DNA from: a virus | Length of the DNA: 64,000 bases | IMG/VR virus record: IMGVR_UViG_3300025689_000508 | Span: 111 to 64,110 of that record | Direction: 5' to 3' (one strand) | In this document: positions 46,019 to 55,170 of the stretch, in pieces | How the letters are laid out: each line of letters starts with the position of its first letter | Position numbering within the stretch: position 1 is the first letter of the stretch | Position numbers and translations under genes: made by a program | Notes under the pieces: model-generated | The model's database searches: none | Told to the model about the DNA's origin: nothing | Seen by the model: the letters and a program-made list of their open reading frames with translations, nothing else

Positions 46019-47131
46019 TTAATCCATTCCAGCTAGATGCATATCATGGGCTACCATTTTAGAAACCAAGTGGGCAAAATCTGTTTTTGGAGACCAACCG
46101 AGTTCCTCTCGAATCTTACTGCTATTACCGCAAAGATGTTCAACTTCGGCAGGACGATAAAACGCCGGATTGATTCTTACCAGAGTACCTTCAATGGTAT
46201 CCGAAGGAACCGGACCACTAACATATTGATAGGTCTCATCCATTCCATTACCAACCCACTTTCCTTTGATTCCCACTTCTTCAAACGCCAATTCCACAAA
46301 CTCACGAATACAATGACTTTCTCCACTGGAAACAACATACTCCTTGGGTTCTGTATTGTTCAGCATCATCCAAATGGCTTGAACCATATCCTCGGCATCT
46401 GACCAATCTCTTAATGCATCAAGATTGCCAAGTTCAAGGGGAATAATTGGATCTTTTGTTCGGCTCTGTATTGCCTTGTATAATTCGACAACTTTCGAGG
46501 AAATCTTTCGTGTGACAAACTCTTTTCCACGACGAGTCCCTTCATGATTAAAAAGCCATGCTTGAATAGCAAAAAGGTTATAGGACTCACGATATACTTT
46601 GACCAATTGACGTGCAGCCGCTTTACTTGCGCCATACGGGGAACGAGAACGCATAGGATGTTTCTCATCCTGTGGGGAATATTCTACATTACCAAATTCT
46701 TCTGAGCTTCCAGCATTGTAAAACCTACACTTTGGTTGGTGGTGACGCAGGGCTTCAAGAATGTGAAGGACTCCGGTGGTATTGCATTCCCACGTTTGAA
46801 CAGGAAAATCCCACGACGATTTAACAAACGTTTGAGCGGCAAGATTGATGAAAAAATCCGGTCGTATTTCCAATATCAGCTTATCAATCGAATGTGTGTC
46901 AGTCAGATCAAAGTTGACCAATGTGAAACGGGGATTTCCCTTTAAGTGATTGATATTAACGTGGTTATGAACCGCCAGTCGTCTAGCACCACCCACAATA
47001 TTGTAGGTCGTAGTCTTAAGAAGATAGTCCACCATCAGACTTCCATCTTGTCCAGATACACCCGTAACAAAAACCGTCGGCTCGGAACGATTCAACTTTG
47101 ACTTAACATCGGTGGCACTCATTATTTGCAT
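46019..47131 (-). CDS. gmd: GDP-mannose 4,6-dehydratase
   Basis: TGVSGQDGS, NLAAQTFV, SSEEFG, SPYGASK, FNHE, LGNLDALRDW. Confidence 0.93.
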   Translation of the reverse strand: MQIMSATDVKSKLNRSEPTVFVTGVSGQDGSLMVDYLLKTTTYNIVGGARRLAVHNHVNINHLKGNPRFTLVNFDLTDTHSIDKLILEIRPDFFINLAAQTFVKSSWDFPVQTWECNTTGVLHILEALRHHQPKCRFYNAGSSEEFGNVEYSPQDEKHPMRSRSPYGASKAAARQLVKVYRESYNLFAIQAWLFNHEGTRRGKEFVTRKISSKVVELYKAIQSRTKDPIIPLELGNLDALRDWSDAEDMVQAIWMMLNNTEPKEYVVSSGESHCIREFVELAFEEVGIKGKWVGNGMDETYQYVSGPVPSDTIEGTLVRINPAFYRPAEVEHLCGNSSKIREELGWSPKTDFAHLVSKMVAHDMHLAGMD

Positions 47132-47178
47132 AACTTGATAAAAACATTAACATTTTTCTTGGAAGGATACAACTTATT

Positions 47179-47619
47179 TTATTCGTCTTCGTCCTCTCCA
47201 CGAATTTCTTGAACCCGCCTGTGGAATTCTTCAAAATCCTCTTCTTTCAATCCTAAATTAGCAACCAAGTAATTGATAAAATAACACAGTGACATCTTAT
47301 CGAATTTCTTTGATTTCATCTTTTGAGATAAGAAGAGAACCATATGATTAAGGGATTCCACAGTTTGTAATGGAATAATCTGTTGTTTTGATTTTTCTAA
47401 AATAATGCCGGGAAGAGTTCCTTTATGTGTTGCATCTATGATTTCTTTCATTATTTTAGTCTTGACCCGTGTCAAAATTTCATCTTCCGACTTTCCTTTG
47501 TTCTTAGCATCTTTCAACATGGCATTGATTTCATCCTCGGTAATCTTCTTCGAAATAGAAAAAGAAGCGAGGATGCCTGCCTTTGTCAAAATATGCATGG
47601 GTTGCTCGTTCATATCCAT
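47179..47619 (-). CDS. Hypothetical helical protein (start MDMNEQ inferred)
   Basis: ATG overlaps a TATTTAT motif. Confidence 0.6.
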   Translation of the reverse strand: MDMNEQPMHILTKAGILASFSISKKITEDEINAMLKDAKNKGKSEDEILTRVKTKIMKEIIDATHKGTLPGIILEKSKQQIIPLQTVESLNHMVLFLSQKMKSKKFDKMSLCYFINYLVANLGLKEEDFEEFHRRVQEIRGEDEDE

Positions 47620-47624
47620 AAATA

Positions 47625-48317
47625 TCACTCTTGCAACCAATCTGGGTCTAAATACTTCCTCCCGCTTCTAAAATAGCCCCGGCCACAAACGAGTGTACAA
47701 TTGACACAATAGAGTTTCATGTTTTCCAAAGCATGGTTTTTATGATTCTCGTCCATGAAATTAAGTAACAAAGGAACTTTACCAGTCAAAAGACTTCTTT
47801 CGTGCCATCCACACCGTTCACATTCTTCTTTTTTAATGCCACTTCGGATAAGCTTGTCCTTGATACGAAATACTGAGTAGTTCGGATGCTTTCCTTGAAG
47901 AATTTCACTCAAAGGATACTTACCTCGCTCCGGATCAAATATATTCTTCTTACCCTTGATATTTGGACTGGGAGACCAAACCCCATGCATCTTCGCATAC
48001 TTTTTATATGTTTGATAGGTGAGTCGCATATGACGTGCGACCATGGCTTCATTAAATCCATTTGGAAACTTGAGCTTAAGAGCTTCCTTCGCTTCCAAGA
48101 TTTCATGTTTCATTATTGGACGATAGCCATGACCACGTTTTAGACGAGGCGGGGGTTCAGAACTAATTCCTAATTGGGCAATAGCTTCGGGAGGTAATTC
48201 TTTCCGAAGATTTTCTTGCTTTATTTCGTGAACTTCCTTAGCAAGATCCTCAACTTTTTGAGCGAGGACAGCTATAATTCGTTCTTTGTCGTCACTGATT
48301 TGTTGATTTTCCGGCAT
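47625..48317 (-). CDS. Protein with HTH-like middle and degenerate HNH/zinc-ribbon C-terminus
   Basis: CERCGW...LLLNFMDENHKNHALENMKLYCVNC. Confidence 0.6.
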   Translation of the reverse strand: MPENQQISDDKERIIAVLAQKVEDLAKEVHEIKQENLRKELPPEAIAQLGISSEPPPRLKRGHGYRPIMKHEILEAKEALKLKFPNGFNEAMVARHMRLTYQTYKKYAKMHGVWSPSPNIKGKKNIFDPERGKYPLSEILQGKHPNYSVFRIKDKLIRSGIKKEECERCGWHERSLLTGKVPLLLNFMDENHKNHALENMKLYCVNCTLVCGRGYFRSGRKYLDPDWLQE

Positions 48318-48681
48318 TGGCTCTGGCGGGTTCTTTCATCAAATCAACCTTATGCAAATTCTTGGTCTTTTCACGCAGTAGTTCGGCCATACTAAATAAG
48401 CCAGCATTCAAGAGAATATGATACATGTTGATTTGATGATGGCATTCTACTTTATCTTCATCAACCTTCTCATAACACTCCCCAATAATTCGGATTTTAT
48501 GAAAGAAAGTTGGATCATTTTTGTATTTCTCCACGACACGAGTGGCAGCTTCAATAAAGATATCATCATGAATCTCGGCGTCAACCGTGATTTGATGTCT
48601 CTTTCCATTTATTTTTACAATAACCACTTTATTGGTGGATGACTTCATAGTTTTTTGCATAGGCATTTGTTTCCATAACAA
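48292..48681 (-). CDS. Hypothetical protein
   Basis: 129-aa ORF. Confidence 0.55.
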   Translation of the reverse strand: MLWKQMPMQKTMKSSTNKVVIVKINGKRHQITVDAEIHDDIFIEAATRVVEKYKNDPTFFHKIRIIGECYEKVDEDKVECHHQINMYHILLNAGLFSMAELLREKTKNLHKVDLMKEPARANAGKSTNQ

Positions 48682-48835
48682 TTTTGAGCGGATTTAACCG
48701 CACGAGATTTACAAAATTCAGCATACACCTCTGAATTTGTCTCGAATATTCCCACCAGTGTCTTCTTTTATCTTCAACTTTAGACCGGTAGGCGACTAAA
48801 TTTTTACCACTAATTTTTTGGCTGGCGAATTTCAT
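48629..48835 (-). CDS. Small hypothetical phage protein
   Basis: Start overlaps the helicase stop. Confidence 0.5.
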   Translation of the reverse strand: MKFASQKISGKNLVAYRSKVEDKRRHWWEYSRQIQRCMLNFVNLVRLNPLKIVMETNAYAKNYEVIHQ

Positions 48836-51516
48836 TTCGATACTACTGTATATGCTTTCGAATACGCTAAATCACCATCGTTAAGAAGATCCAAATTATT
48901 CAGTTTCTTCATAACGTTATGGTAAACATTTTCTTCTACTGTATGTGCAACGCACACCAACTTTTGAATAGCCTTCGTTTTCGCATCATCTCTCCAAATA
49001 CGTCCAATAGCCTGTCGCATATTTACAGGCGAATGCGACGGAGAAATAAGCGACATACGAGGGTGACCTCCATGTAAATCATGCAATGATAACCCACCAC
49101 CTCCCGATTGTACATTAACTAGAATAACTTGTTCTTCATTGTTTTGAAATCTTTGTCTATTCCGCTCTCGAACAGCATCTCCTACTTTTCCATCAAAAAT
49201 ACAAGAAATTCCGAGACGATCAGCCAAAGCAGTAATCGTATCCGTAAAGTTCAAAAACACTACGATTGAAAATCCTTCTTCTTTTGCGTCTTCAATCATA
49301 TCAATAAATAGTGGAACCTTAACCAGTTCGATACGTTGTCGATGTCTTAATTCAACAACAAGATGATTCATCTTGTTAAGTTTGGAAAGTTTCTCAAGTT
49401 CTTTGAGTTCTTTTTCCATTTCATCATAAATGGCGTTGATTTGTTTTGTGTCCTTTTCCTCCATGTCTAGGAGAACCGCAAACAAATCACACTGCGGGAA
49501 ATTTGGAATAGTGTCTCTACGTAACCGAACACCACGATCAAGGAAAATATCTTTATGGAGTTTTTTCAAGATTTTTTGACGAAGTTTTGGGTCAGAAGTA
49601 AACTCCATTCCCCACTGTCCTTTAGAACAGCCATGCTCTCTAAGCCATTGAAACCATGCTGCCTGACCACCCTTGAATAATTTCAATGCTGTCCCAACTG
49701 TTCGAAGTTCGAGTGGATTTGTAGCATTCGTAGCCGAACAGAAAAGTTGCTTATATCCTTGTTTTGTGGCTTGAATTGACATTTTGGCATTTTTAGTTTT
49801 CCAGTTTTTGAGTTTTTGGGATTCGTCCCAAATAATCAACGTATCCTTTGGAATCTTCCATTGAAATGTTCTGCGCCGTGTGGACCGAGGCACCACATAA
49901 GAGGCAAGTTTTGAGTCTGATCTGCCTATTTTGAGTTGTTCATAGTTTGTTACCTCTATGAGTTGTTTTTCCATGTGGAAATGATTTGTGATAACTTCTT
50001 TCCACGAAGAAATAACGGCTTTAGGACAAACTACAACCATCTTCATACCCAATTCACGGGCTACACCACAAGCCGTATAGGTTTTACCTGTATTATGTAC
50101 TACAGTAAAATCTCCAAGTAAAAACCGACCATCTCCGTCCAGTGAAAACCCATAATAATTATCTTTTTCTAAAATCTCTATTTTGAATCCCCGTCTAAGG
50201 ACATCTTTCTTTTGTTTCCTAGCAGTTGCCATTTTATAAGGAATCTTGCAAGGAATAATTGAACAATCTCCAGATATAGAAGTTTTATAATAAGTTCCTT
50301 TTATGCCGTTTTGACATGTTTTTTGAACCAACGTAGTATATGCGAATAAACCTACAGAATTAGCAACAAATGCTACGTCTTCTGCAAGAGTTTTGGATTT
50401 TACACAAAATTCATATCCCCCATTCCTATAATATCCGTCAGTATCTAATAGTCCGGCTAAAAGTTCCAATCGTTGTGATTTACTTCCAGTTTTATAGTTG
50501 TTCGGGATAAACTTATTTTCACATGCAATAGGAAGTAAATTATTGTCTCGAAGCCACTTGAAAAGAAGGGGGCTCTTTGTGATTCTTTTTGTTCGGGTTT
50601 CCTTTGTCTTCGATAAGACCCATCCAAATTTATTTGATTCTGAAATTATTTCTTTCCAAACCTCTTCGTTGTCATTTGTAAATGTCACCGTTGAACGTGT
50701 AGATAATCCTCCATCACCAAGTAAAGCACCCACAAAATACGGGGACAATGGAAGTTCTTTTCTCGGCCAATCAACCCCTACACTAAACAACTTCATTGCA
50801 TGTTTTGTAACTTCTGGAAGTTTCAAGTAATCTCGTACTTTAATATCTACGATGCTGTTATATAAATATCCGCTTGTTGTTTTATGTGTAGGAGAACAAC
50901 CATTCGTCAACACAACAGTTAATATATGATCTAGATTTACAACGAAAGAATTTCCTTTTACGGGGATAATTCGTACCATCTGCTGCTCCCCACGTTTAAG
51001 TTCCGTAACTTTTTGCGGACCCTTCCAACCCATGACTAAATCACCCACTTCAATATCTTCAACTTTTTTTGTGGTGCCATCTGCCATTAGGATAAGTTGT
51101 CCTTTAGCATGACATCCTGTGTCGCTACCATCGATAGCTGCACCCCATTCATTGAGCGCAGATACGATTCTACCAGCGGCAACAGTTTGCCAAGGTCTCA
51201 AACCATCATCGTTTTTAATGTTATAGACAGGAAGTAAAAAATCGGACAATGGAGGGGGCTCCAGTGAGCGAGTATTACCAATTTTTTCAAACTGGAGCTT
51301 GGAAAGTTTTGTTTCTGAAAGATACCATACTTTGTTAGCACCTTCACCTTCTGGATAAACACGAAACCCTCTAGCAAGCAATTCAAATTTCATTTCACGC
51401 CAGAATTCAAAAAACGCTGGCGTTACATCATCGGGAATCAACCATGTTCGACGCCAATGGTCTATTGTGCCGACTTTGACTTTATAAGGTTCACACCAGT
51501 TAATGTTAAGATCCAT
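48832..51516 (-). CDS. SF2 (SNF2/DEAD-like) helicase containing an intein
   Basis: Walker A DTG|TGKT split by the intein; IIWDESQ, SATNATN, GGGGLSL, QAIGRIWR; start MDLNI inferred. Confidence 0.88.
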   Translation of the reverse strand: MDLNINWCEPYKVKVGTIDHWRRTWLIPDDVTPAFFEFWREMKFELLARGFRVYPEGEGANKVWYLSETKLSKLQFEKIGNTRSLEPPPLSDFLLPVYNIKNDDGLRPWQTVAAGRIVSALNEWGAAIDGSDTGCHAKGQLILMADGTTKKVEDIEVGDLVMGWKGPQKVTELKRGEQQMVRIIPVKGNSFVVNLDHILTVVLTNGCSPTHKTTSGYLYNSIVDIKVRDYLKLPEVTKHAMKLFSVGVDWPRKELPLSPYFVGALLGDGGLSTRSTVTFTNDNEEVWKEIISESNKFGWVLSKTKETRTKRITKSPLLFKWLRDNNLLPIACENKFIPNNYKTGSKSQRLELLAGLLDTDGYYRNGGYEFCVKSKTLAEDVAFVANSVGLFAYTTLVQKTCQNGIKGTYYKTSISGDCSIIPCKIPYKMATARKQKKDVLRRGFKIEILEKDNYYGFSLDGDGRFLLGDFTVVHNTGKTYTACGVARELGMKMVVVCPKAVISSWKEVITNHFHMEKQLIEVTNYEQLKIGRSDSKLASYVVPRSTRRRTFQWKIPKDTLIIWDESQKLKNWKTKNAKMSIQATKQGYKQLFCSATNATNPLELRTVGTALKLFKGGQAAWFQWLREHGCSKGQWGMEFTSDPKLRQKILKKLHKDIFLDRGVRLRRDTIPNFPQCDLFAVLLDMEEKDTKQINAIYDEMEKELKELEKLSKLNKMNHLVVELRHRQRIELVKVPLFIDMIEDAKEEGFSIVVFLNFTDTITALADRLGISCIFDGKVGDAVRERNRQRFQNNEEQVILVNVQSGGGGLSLHDLHGGHPRMSLISPSHSPVNMRQAIGRIWRDDAKTKAIQKLVCVAHTVEENVYHNVMKKLNNLDLLNDGDLAYSKAYTVVSK
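50092..51114 (-). mobile_element. Intein (341 aa) with LAGLIDADG homing endonuclease
   Basis: N-terminal CHAKGQLILMADG, block B NLDHIL, ALLGDGG and LAGLLDTDG, C-terminal VVHN followed by Thr. Confidence 0.93.
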
Positions 51517-51802
51517 ATTCGGGCTTATTAAACACAAAAGCCGTAGTAATATCACATCGCATTTTGCGGCCTTCACGGATAATGCCGATATTGAACCGTT
51601 CAGCCATCGAACGAACAAATGTCACCGATGTTGGATCATCTTCACCATACCCCATCGATTCCAAAAACAGCATGTACTTCTTTCGAGTTTGGCCAAACGC
51701 CCGTTGAGACATTCCTTCAAGGTATTTAACCGCAGATGGATAGTCGTTAAAAACCTTATCCTGTGGAGGTCTTAATGTTGTATCTGTAATGTAAATTTGC
51801 AT
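51506..51802 (-). CDS. Hypothetical protein (start MQIYI inferred)
   Basis: AGAAAGGA RBS and TACTTAT upstream. Confidence 0.6.
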   Translation of the reverse strand: MQIYITDTTLRPPQDKVFNDYPSAVKYLEGMSQRAFGQTRKKYMLFLESMGYGEDDPTSVTFVRSMAERFNIGIIREGRKMRCDITTAFVFNKPEYGS

Positions 51803-51920
51803 ATTTGTATGTATCCTTTCTGACGATAAGTAGTACAGAAAATACGCCATAGCACTTTATCTTAGATAGCACTATGGCGTATAAAATCCGAAAAGCAACT
51901 TATTTTATTCGTTTATTATA

Positions 51921-52619
51921 TTAAGGCTCAGGAACTTCTGGGTCTCTCTTACCAGCGGGATCAGGATTACCGGGATAGTCCTTAACTGTTTTTCCGGACC
52001 TGTGTTGAACTCGATAATTCGATTCTTGAAGTTCGGATTCCTCATCTTCTTCCGGTTCTGGCTCGATTTCATCCTTTTCGGGAACATCCTTCAAAGGAAC
52101 TTCATCATCAGTTTCATTACCAGTAATGTCTTTACCACGATGCATTTGAAGCAATCTCAGCACAATTTGACCCAATTGCTTAAGGAGTTCGACTTCTTCG
52201 GCCTCGTCGTAGGCATGTTCTTCTGGGGAATCTTCGAGACCATCCACGGGACTTTCGCCTTCAATCTGGCCCTTCTTCTTCATAGACCATGCTACTGCCC
52301 AAGGATTGTCAACATTAGATTTCTTTTTCAAGGCTTTTACGACATCTTCACCACCGGGAGGGGCAACTTCGTTAATTTCAGGATCACATTGCATTTCACG
52401 AGCTTTATTACGAAGCCCCGGTTGTTCCAGTTGAGATTTTTTACCACGAACCTTATACTGGGGTCCAGCCTCTTTAACGCATTGTTTTACAACCTCGGTT
52501 ACAAGAGCTTTGAGTTCGGATTTTTTCATAGTTGTGTTTTCCTTAATAGTTGGTGCGGATGCAGCAAAATAGTCTTGCAAACATTCAACAACAAGGTTTT
52601 GCAAATCGTACTTTGTCAT
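51921..52619 (-). CDS. Acidic low-complexity protein, putative head-internal protein
   Basis: Repeated IKE/VKE/INE/LQE motifs, NPWAVAWSM, acidic tail. Confidence 0.65.
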   Translation of the reverse strand: MTKYDLQNLVVECLQDYFAASAPTIKENTTMKKSELKALVTEVVKQCVKEAGPQYKVRGKKSQLEQPGLRNKAREMQCDPEINEVAPPGGEDVVKALKKKSNVDNPWAVAWSMKKKGQIEGESPVDGLEDSPEEHAYDEAEEVELLKQLGQIVLRLLQMHRGKDITGNETDDEVPLKDVPEKDEIEPEPEEDEESELQESNYRVQHRSGKTVKDYPGNPDPAGKRDPEVPEP

Positions 52620-52633
52620 AGGTATAAATATTA

Positions 52634-53590
52634 TCAATTATAACCAATGTCATGTTTTATTTTTTCAACCATTTCCTTCTCATCCGTGTTCATAGATTTA
52701 GAAAGTTCATTGAGAAGTTCATCGATGGTAAACTTACGTGTCGGGTCTCGTTTCTGGATTTGTTTGAGATTTTCAATGTTATCAATCATCTTGGTCATAA
52801 TATCCCGATATTTGTTCGCTACGGCGGTTGCGGTATGACCAGCCACTTCAACGGCTTTTGGAACAATAAGCTTGATAAGATTGATAACCCAACTCGCTAT
52901 AGTCTCAAAAATCGAAAAGATAGACGCCGCCACAGGACTCGACATTGATGCAAACCGAAGAACAAGAAAGAGAATAGAACCAATTATTAGTATCCATGAC
53001 AAACTAGTTACAAGACGTTTCACGCCATACCAAATAGCACCCAATCCCATAAAACTGTTCATATCATCTAACTTTGCCTGAATTGCATCTGCTTTCATGG
53101 CAGTATCTTGCGCCAGTTTCATGTACTTCTGAATTTCCTTATCTTTTGCTTCAACGAGTAATTTAGAACGGAGTTGAATGGCGTAAAGTTCATTATCCTT
53201 TGCTTCCAACGCTTTTTGTCCCCGTGCAACTTCGGTTGCAAGCTGAGATGTTAAATCATCAATCATCTGCTTCATTTTTTTCATCTCTTCGACGGTAGGA
53301 GCACCAGTAAGAGAAGCTGCTCGGTTATTCAAGTCCTTTGCTATTTCAACAGCTTTGGATGGATTCTCTTCCTTTCCCAATGCATAACCAACACCATACG
53401 TAATATTTGCAACTTGGTCCAGCTTGTCTTTTAGATTAGCCTCAATTTGAGCTTCGACATTTTGTACTTTGGCTTTTGCATTAGATTCTGCCTGAGATTT
53501 CTTTCCAAAAATCCGTGGCGTCTCACATCCAGCTAAAAATAAGACTCCCACCAAAAGAATACCCGTAATGGCTTGTTTGAAGTAGTTCAT
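52634..53590 (-). CDS. Lipoprotein with coiled coil and C-proximal TM helices
   Basis: Signal peptide with lipobox LAGC; heptad-rich middle; hydrophobic LSWILIIGSILFLVLRF segment. Confidence 0.7.
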   Translation of the reverse strand: MNYFKQAITGILLVGVLFLAGCETPRIFGKKSQAESNAKAKVQNVEAQIEANLKDKLDQVANITYGVGYALGKEENPSKAVEIAKDLNNRAASLTGAPTVEEMKKMKQMIDDLTSQLATEVARGQKALEAKDNELYAIQLRSKLLVEAKDKEIQKYMKLAQDTAMKADAIQAKLDDMNSFMGLGAIWYGVKRLVTSLSWILIIGSILFLVLRFASMSSPVAASIFSIFETIASWVINLIKLIVPKAVEVAGHTATAVANKYRDIMTKMIDNIENLKQIQKRDPTRKFTIDELLNELSKSMNTDEKEMVEKIKHDIGYN

Positions 53591-53616
53591 ACACCAATAA
53601 GTAGATATTTATAAGG

Positions 53617-54018
53617 TTAACCGTGCAGAATCATTCTTTTCTTTAAGGCTTCGGTATAGGGATAATTTGGTCCATAACCCTCGGTTTGCGAAGGTGTATC
53701 AACAATTCCGAGCTTTTGTTTGAGGAAAGCGAGTGCTGCCAATGGACTCATGGAGCCACAATTAAACCCAAGAATTCCATGTTGACGGCAAAATTCTTCG
53801 AGTTTTTTTACATCTTCTTCTGGCCAAGTTTGAACGGGAGATAGAACCTCTTCTTTATTTTGCTTCTTACGAGCAAGCATCATTTGATAGGGATCAATAA
53901 CGGTTTTACCCGTGGAGGAACGAGTAGAAGATGTTTCCGTTGCTTTGCTGGCCAACCTCTGATGAAGAGCAGCCATAATATCAAACTCAGAGAACCTATT
54001 AATTGTTTCATCACTCAT
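53617..54018 (-). CDS. Hypothetical protein
   Basis: 133-aa ORF. Confidence 0.6.
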   Translation of the reverse strand: MSDETINRFSEFDIMAALHQRLASKATETSSTRSSTGKTVIDPYQMMLARKKQNKEEVLSPVQTWPEEDVKKLEEFCRQHGILGFNCGSMSPLAALAFLKQKLGIVDTPSQTEGYGPNYPYTEALKKRMILHG

Positions 54019-54023
54019 ATGTA

Positions 54024-55160
54024 TTAGACTACAAACGGAAAATACACAAGTTTATGGCCGGGGAAGGTTTTTTCAAGAGCCACAAGCAATTCAGGTGGTA
54101 AATCTTTCTTGGGATCTCCGGTGAACTTTTGAAGAGAGTCTTCTCCCTGTTCCGGAATTGTTACACTCAATTCGTTGGTTTTGACATCATACCTTCCACG
54201 GAATGTTTTATAGGGTTCTTCGGGACCAAAATTTCTCAGATGATCTTTACCGTATTTGGCAACAATTTTCTTCTTCTTGGCATCCCAATACCAACAGAAA
54301 TGAGGATTTTCAAAGCCAATAAAATAATATTTCGCTCTTTTTTTCCTATTCTCGTCTTTCTGAGCAAGGTAAAGCCTAATCCATGCTTTATGATTGCTTA
54401 AAAGATCATTAGCTGTCGCCTTTCCTTTTTCTTGAGAACGTTTTTTCTCAATTTCAAAAATACGGTCCATGATAATCTCTTTCAACTGGCTTTTGGTGAG
54501 CTTTTCACGAATCATGTTTGGTTGGTTCTCCCAATTACCCCGATTGTTCACAGTCTCAATGTATTTTTGAAGTTCCAATTCCAGTTTTCTGGCAATCTCA
54601 TCAACAAAATCTTTTGGGTCCATGTCGCCCGATGTTAAATCACGATGAAATGAAGTAAGAGCCCGTGTTTTGATTAAATCAAATAACATCCGTTTGATTG
54701 CTTGCTGAACAGCATCCGGGTCTGAAATTTTCAAATTTTCATTGACGGGACCATACCGATTTTCGTCTTGCCAATCACGAAACAGAATGTTTCCGAGAAG
54801 ATAGGCTTCCATTTCTCGCTTACGCAAAATAGGATCGTTTTGAGCATAATGAGCGTGACCGCCTTTCTTTTCTTGTGGAAGTGCTCCATGCTCATTTTGC
54901 CAGTGATGAATAAGCTCATGAGCAAAACTACGAAGAATGTCAGTGGGGTGTCTGCCCGTAACATACAAGCGAACAGACCTATCTTGCTGGTTATAGTAAG
55001 CCGTTAATCCAAACGGATTTTCTGCGTTTTCCGCACTTTGGGTTAGAGTAACTCTAGGTACTTGCCGAATTCCAAGACGTTTTGCCATGAAGGCATACAA
55101 ACTCGCCACCCGTTGTTTCAAATCGAGTGAATCGTTTGAGTTATTCGTCGTTTGGGCCAT
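54024..55160 (-). CDS. HExxH metallopeptidase-like protein
   Basis: TAYY, DILRSFAHELIHHWQ, EMEAY...FRDWQD. Confidence 0.7.
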   Translation of the reverse strand: MAQTTNNSNDSLDLKQRVASLYAFMAKRLGIRQVPRVTLTQSAENAENPFGLTAYYNQQDRSVRLYVTGRHPTDILRSFAHELIHHWQNEHGALPQEKKGGHAHYAQNDPILRKREMEAYLLGNILFRDWQDENRYGPVNENLKISDPDAVQQAIKRMLFDLIKTRALTSFHRDLTSGDMDPKDFVDEIARKLELELQKYIETVNNRGNWENQPNMIREKLTKSQLKEIIMDRIFEIEKKRSQEKGKATANDLLSNHKAWIRLYLAQKDENRKKRAKYYFIGFENPHFCWYWDAKKKKIVAKYGKDHLRNFGPEEPYKTFRGRYDVKTNELSVTIPEQGEDSLQKFTGDPKKDLPPELLVALEKTFPGHKLVYFPFVV

Positions 55161-55170
55161 TTAGATAACA

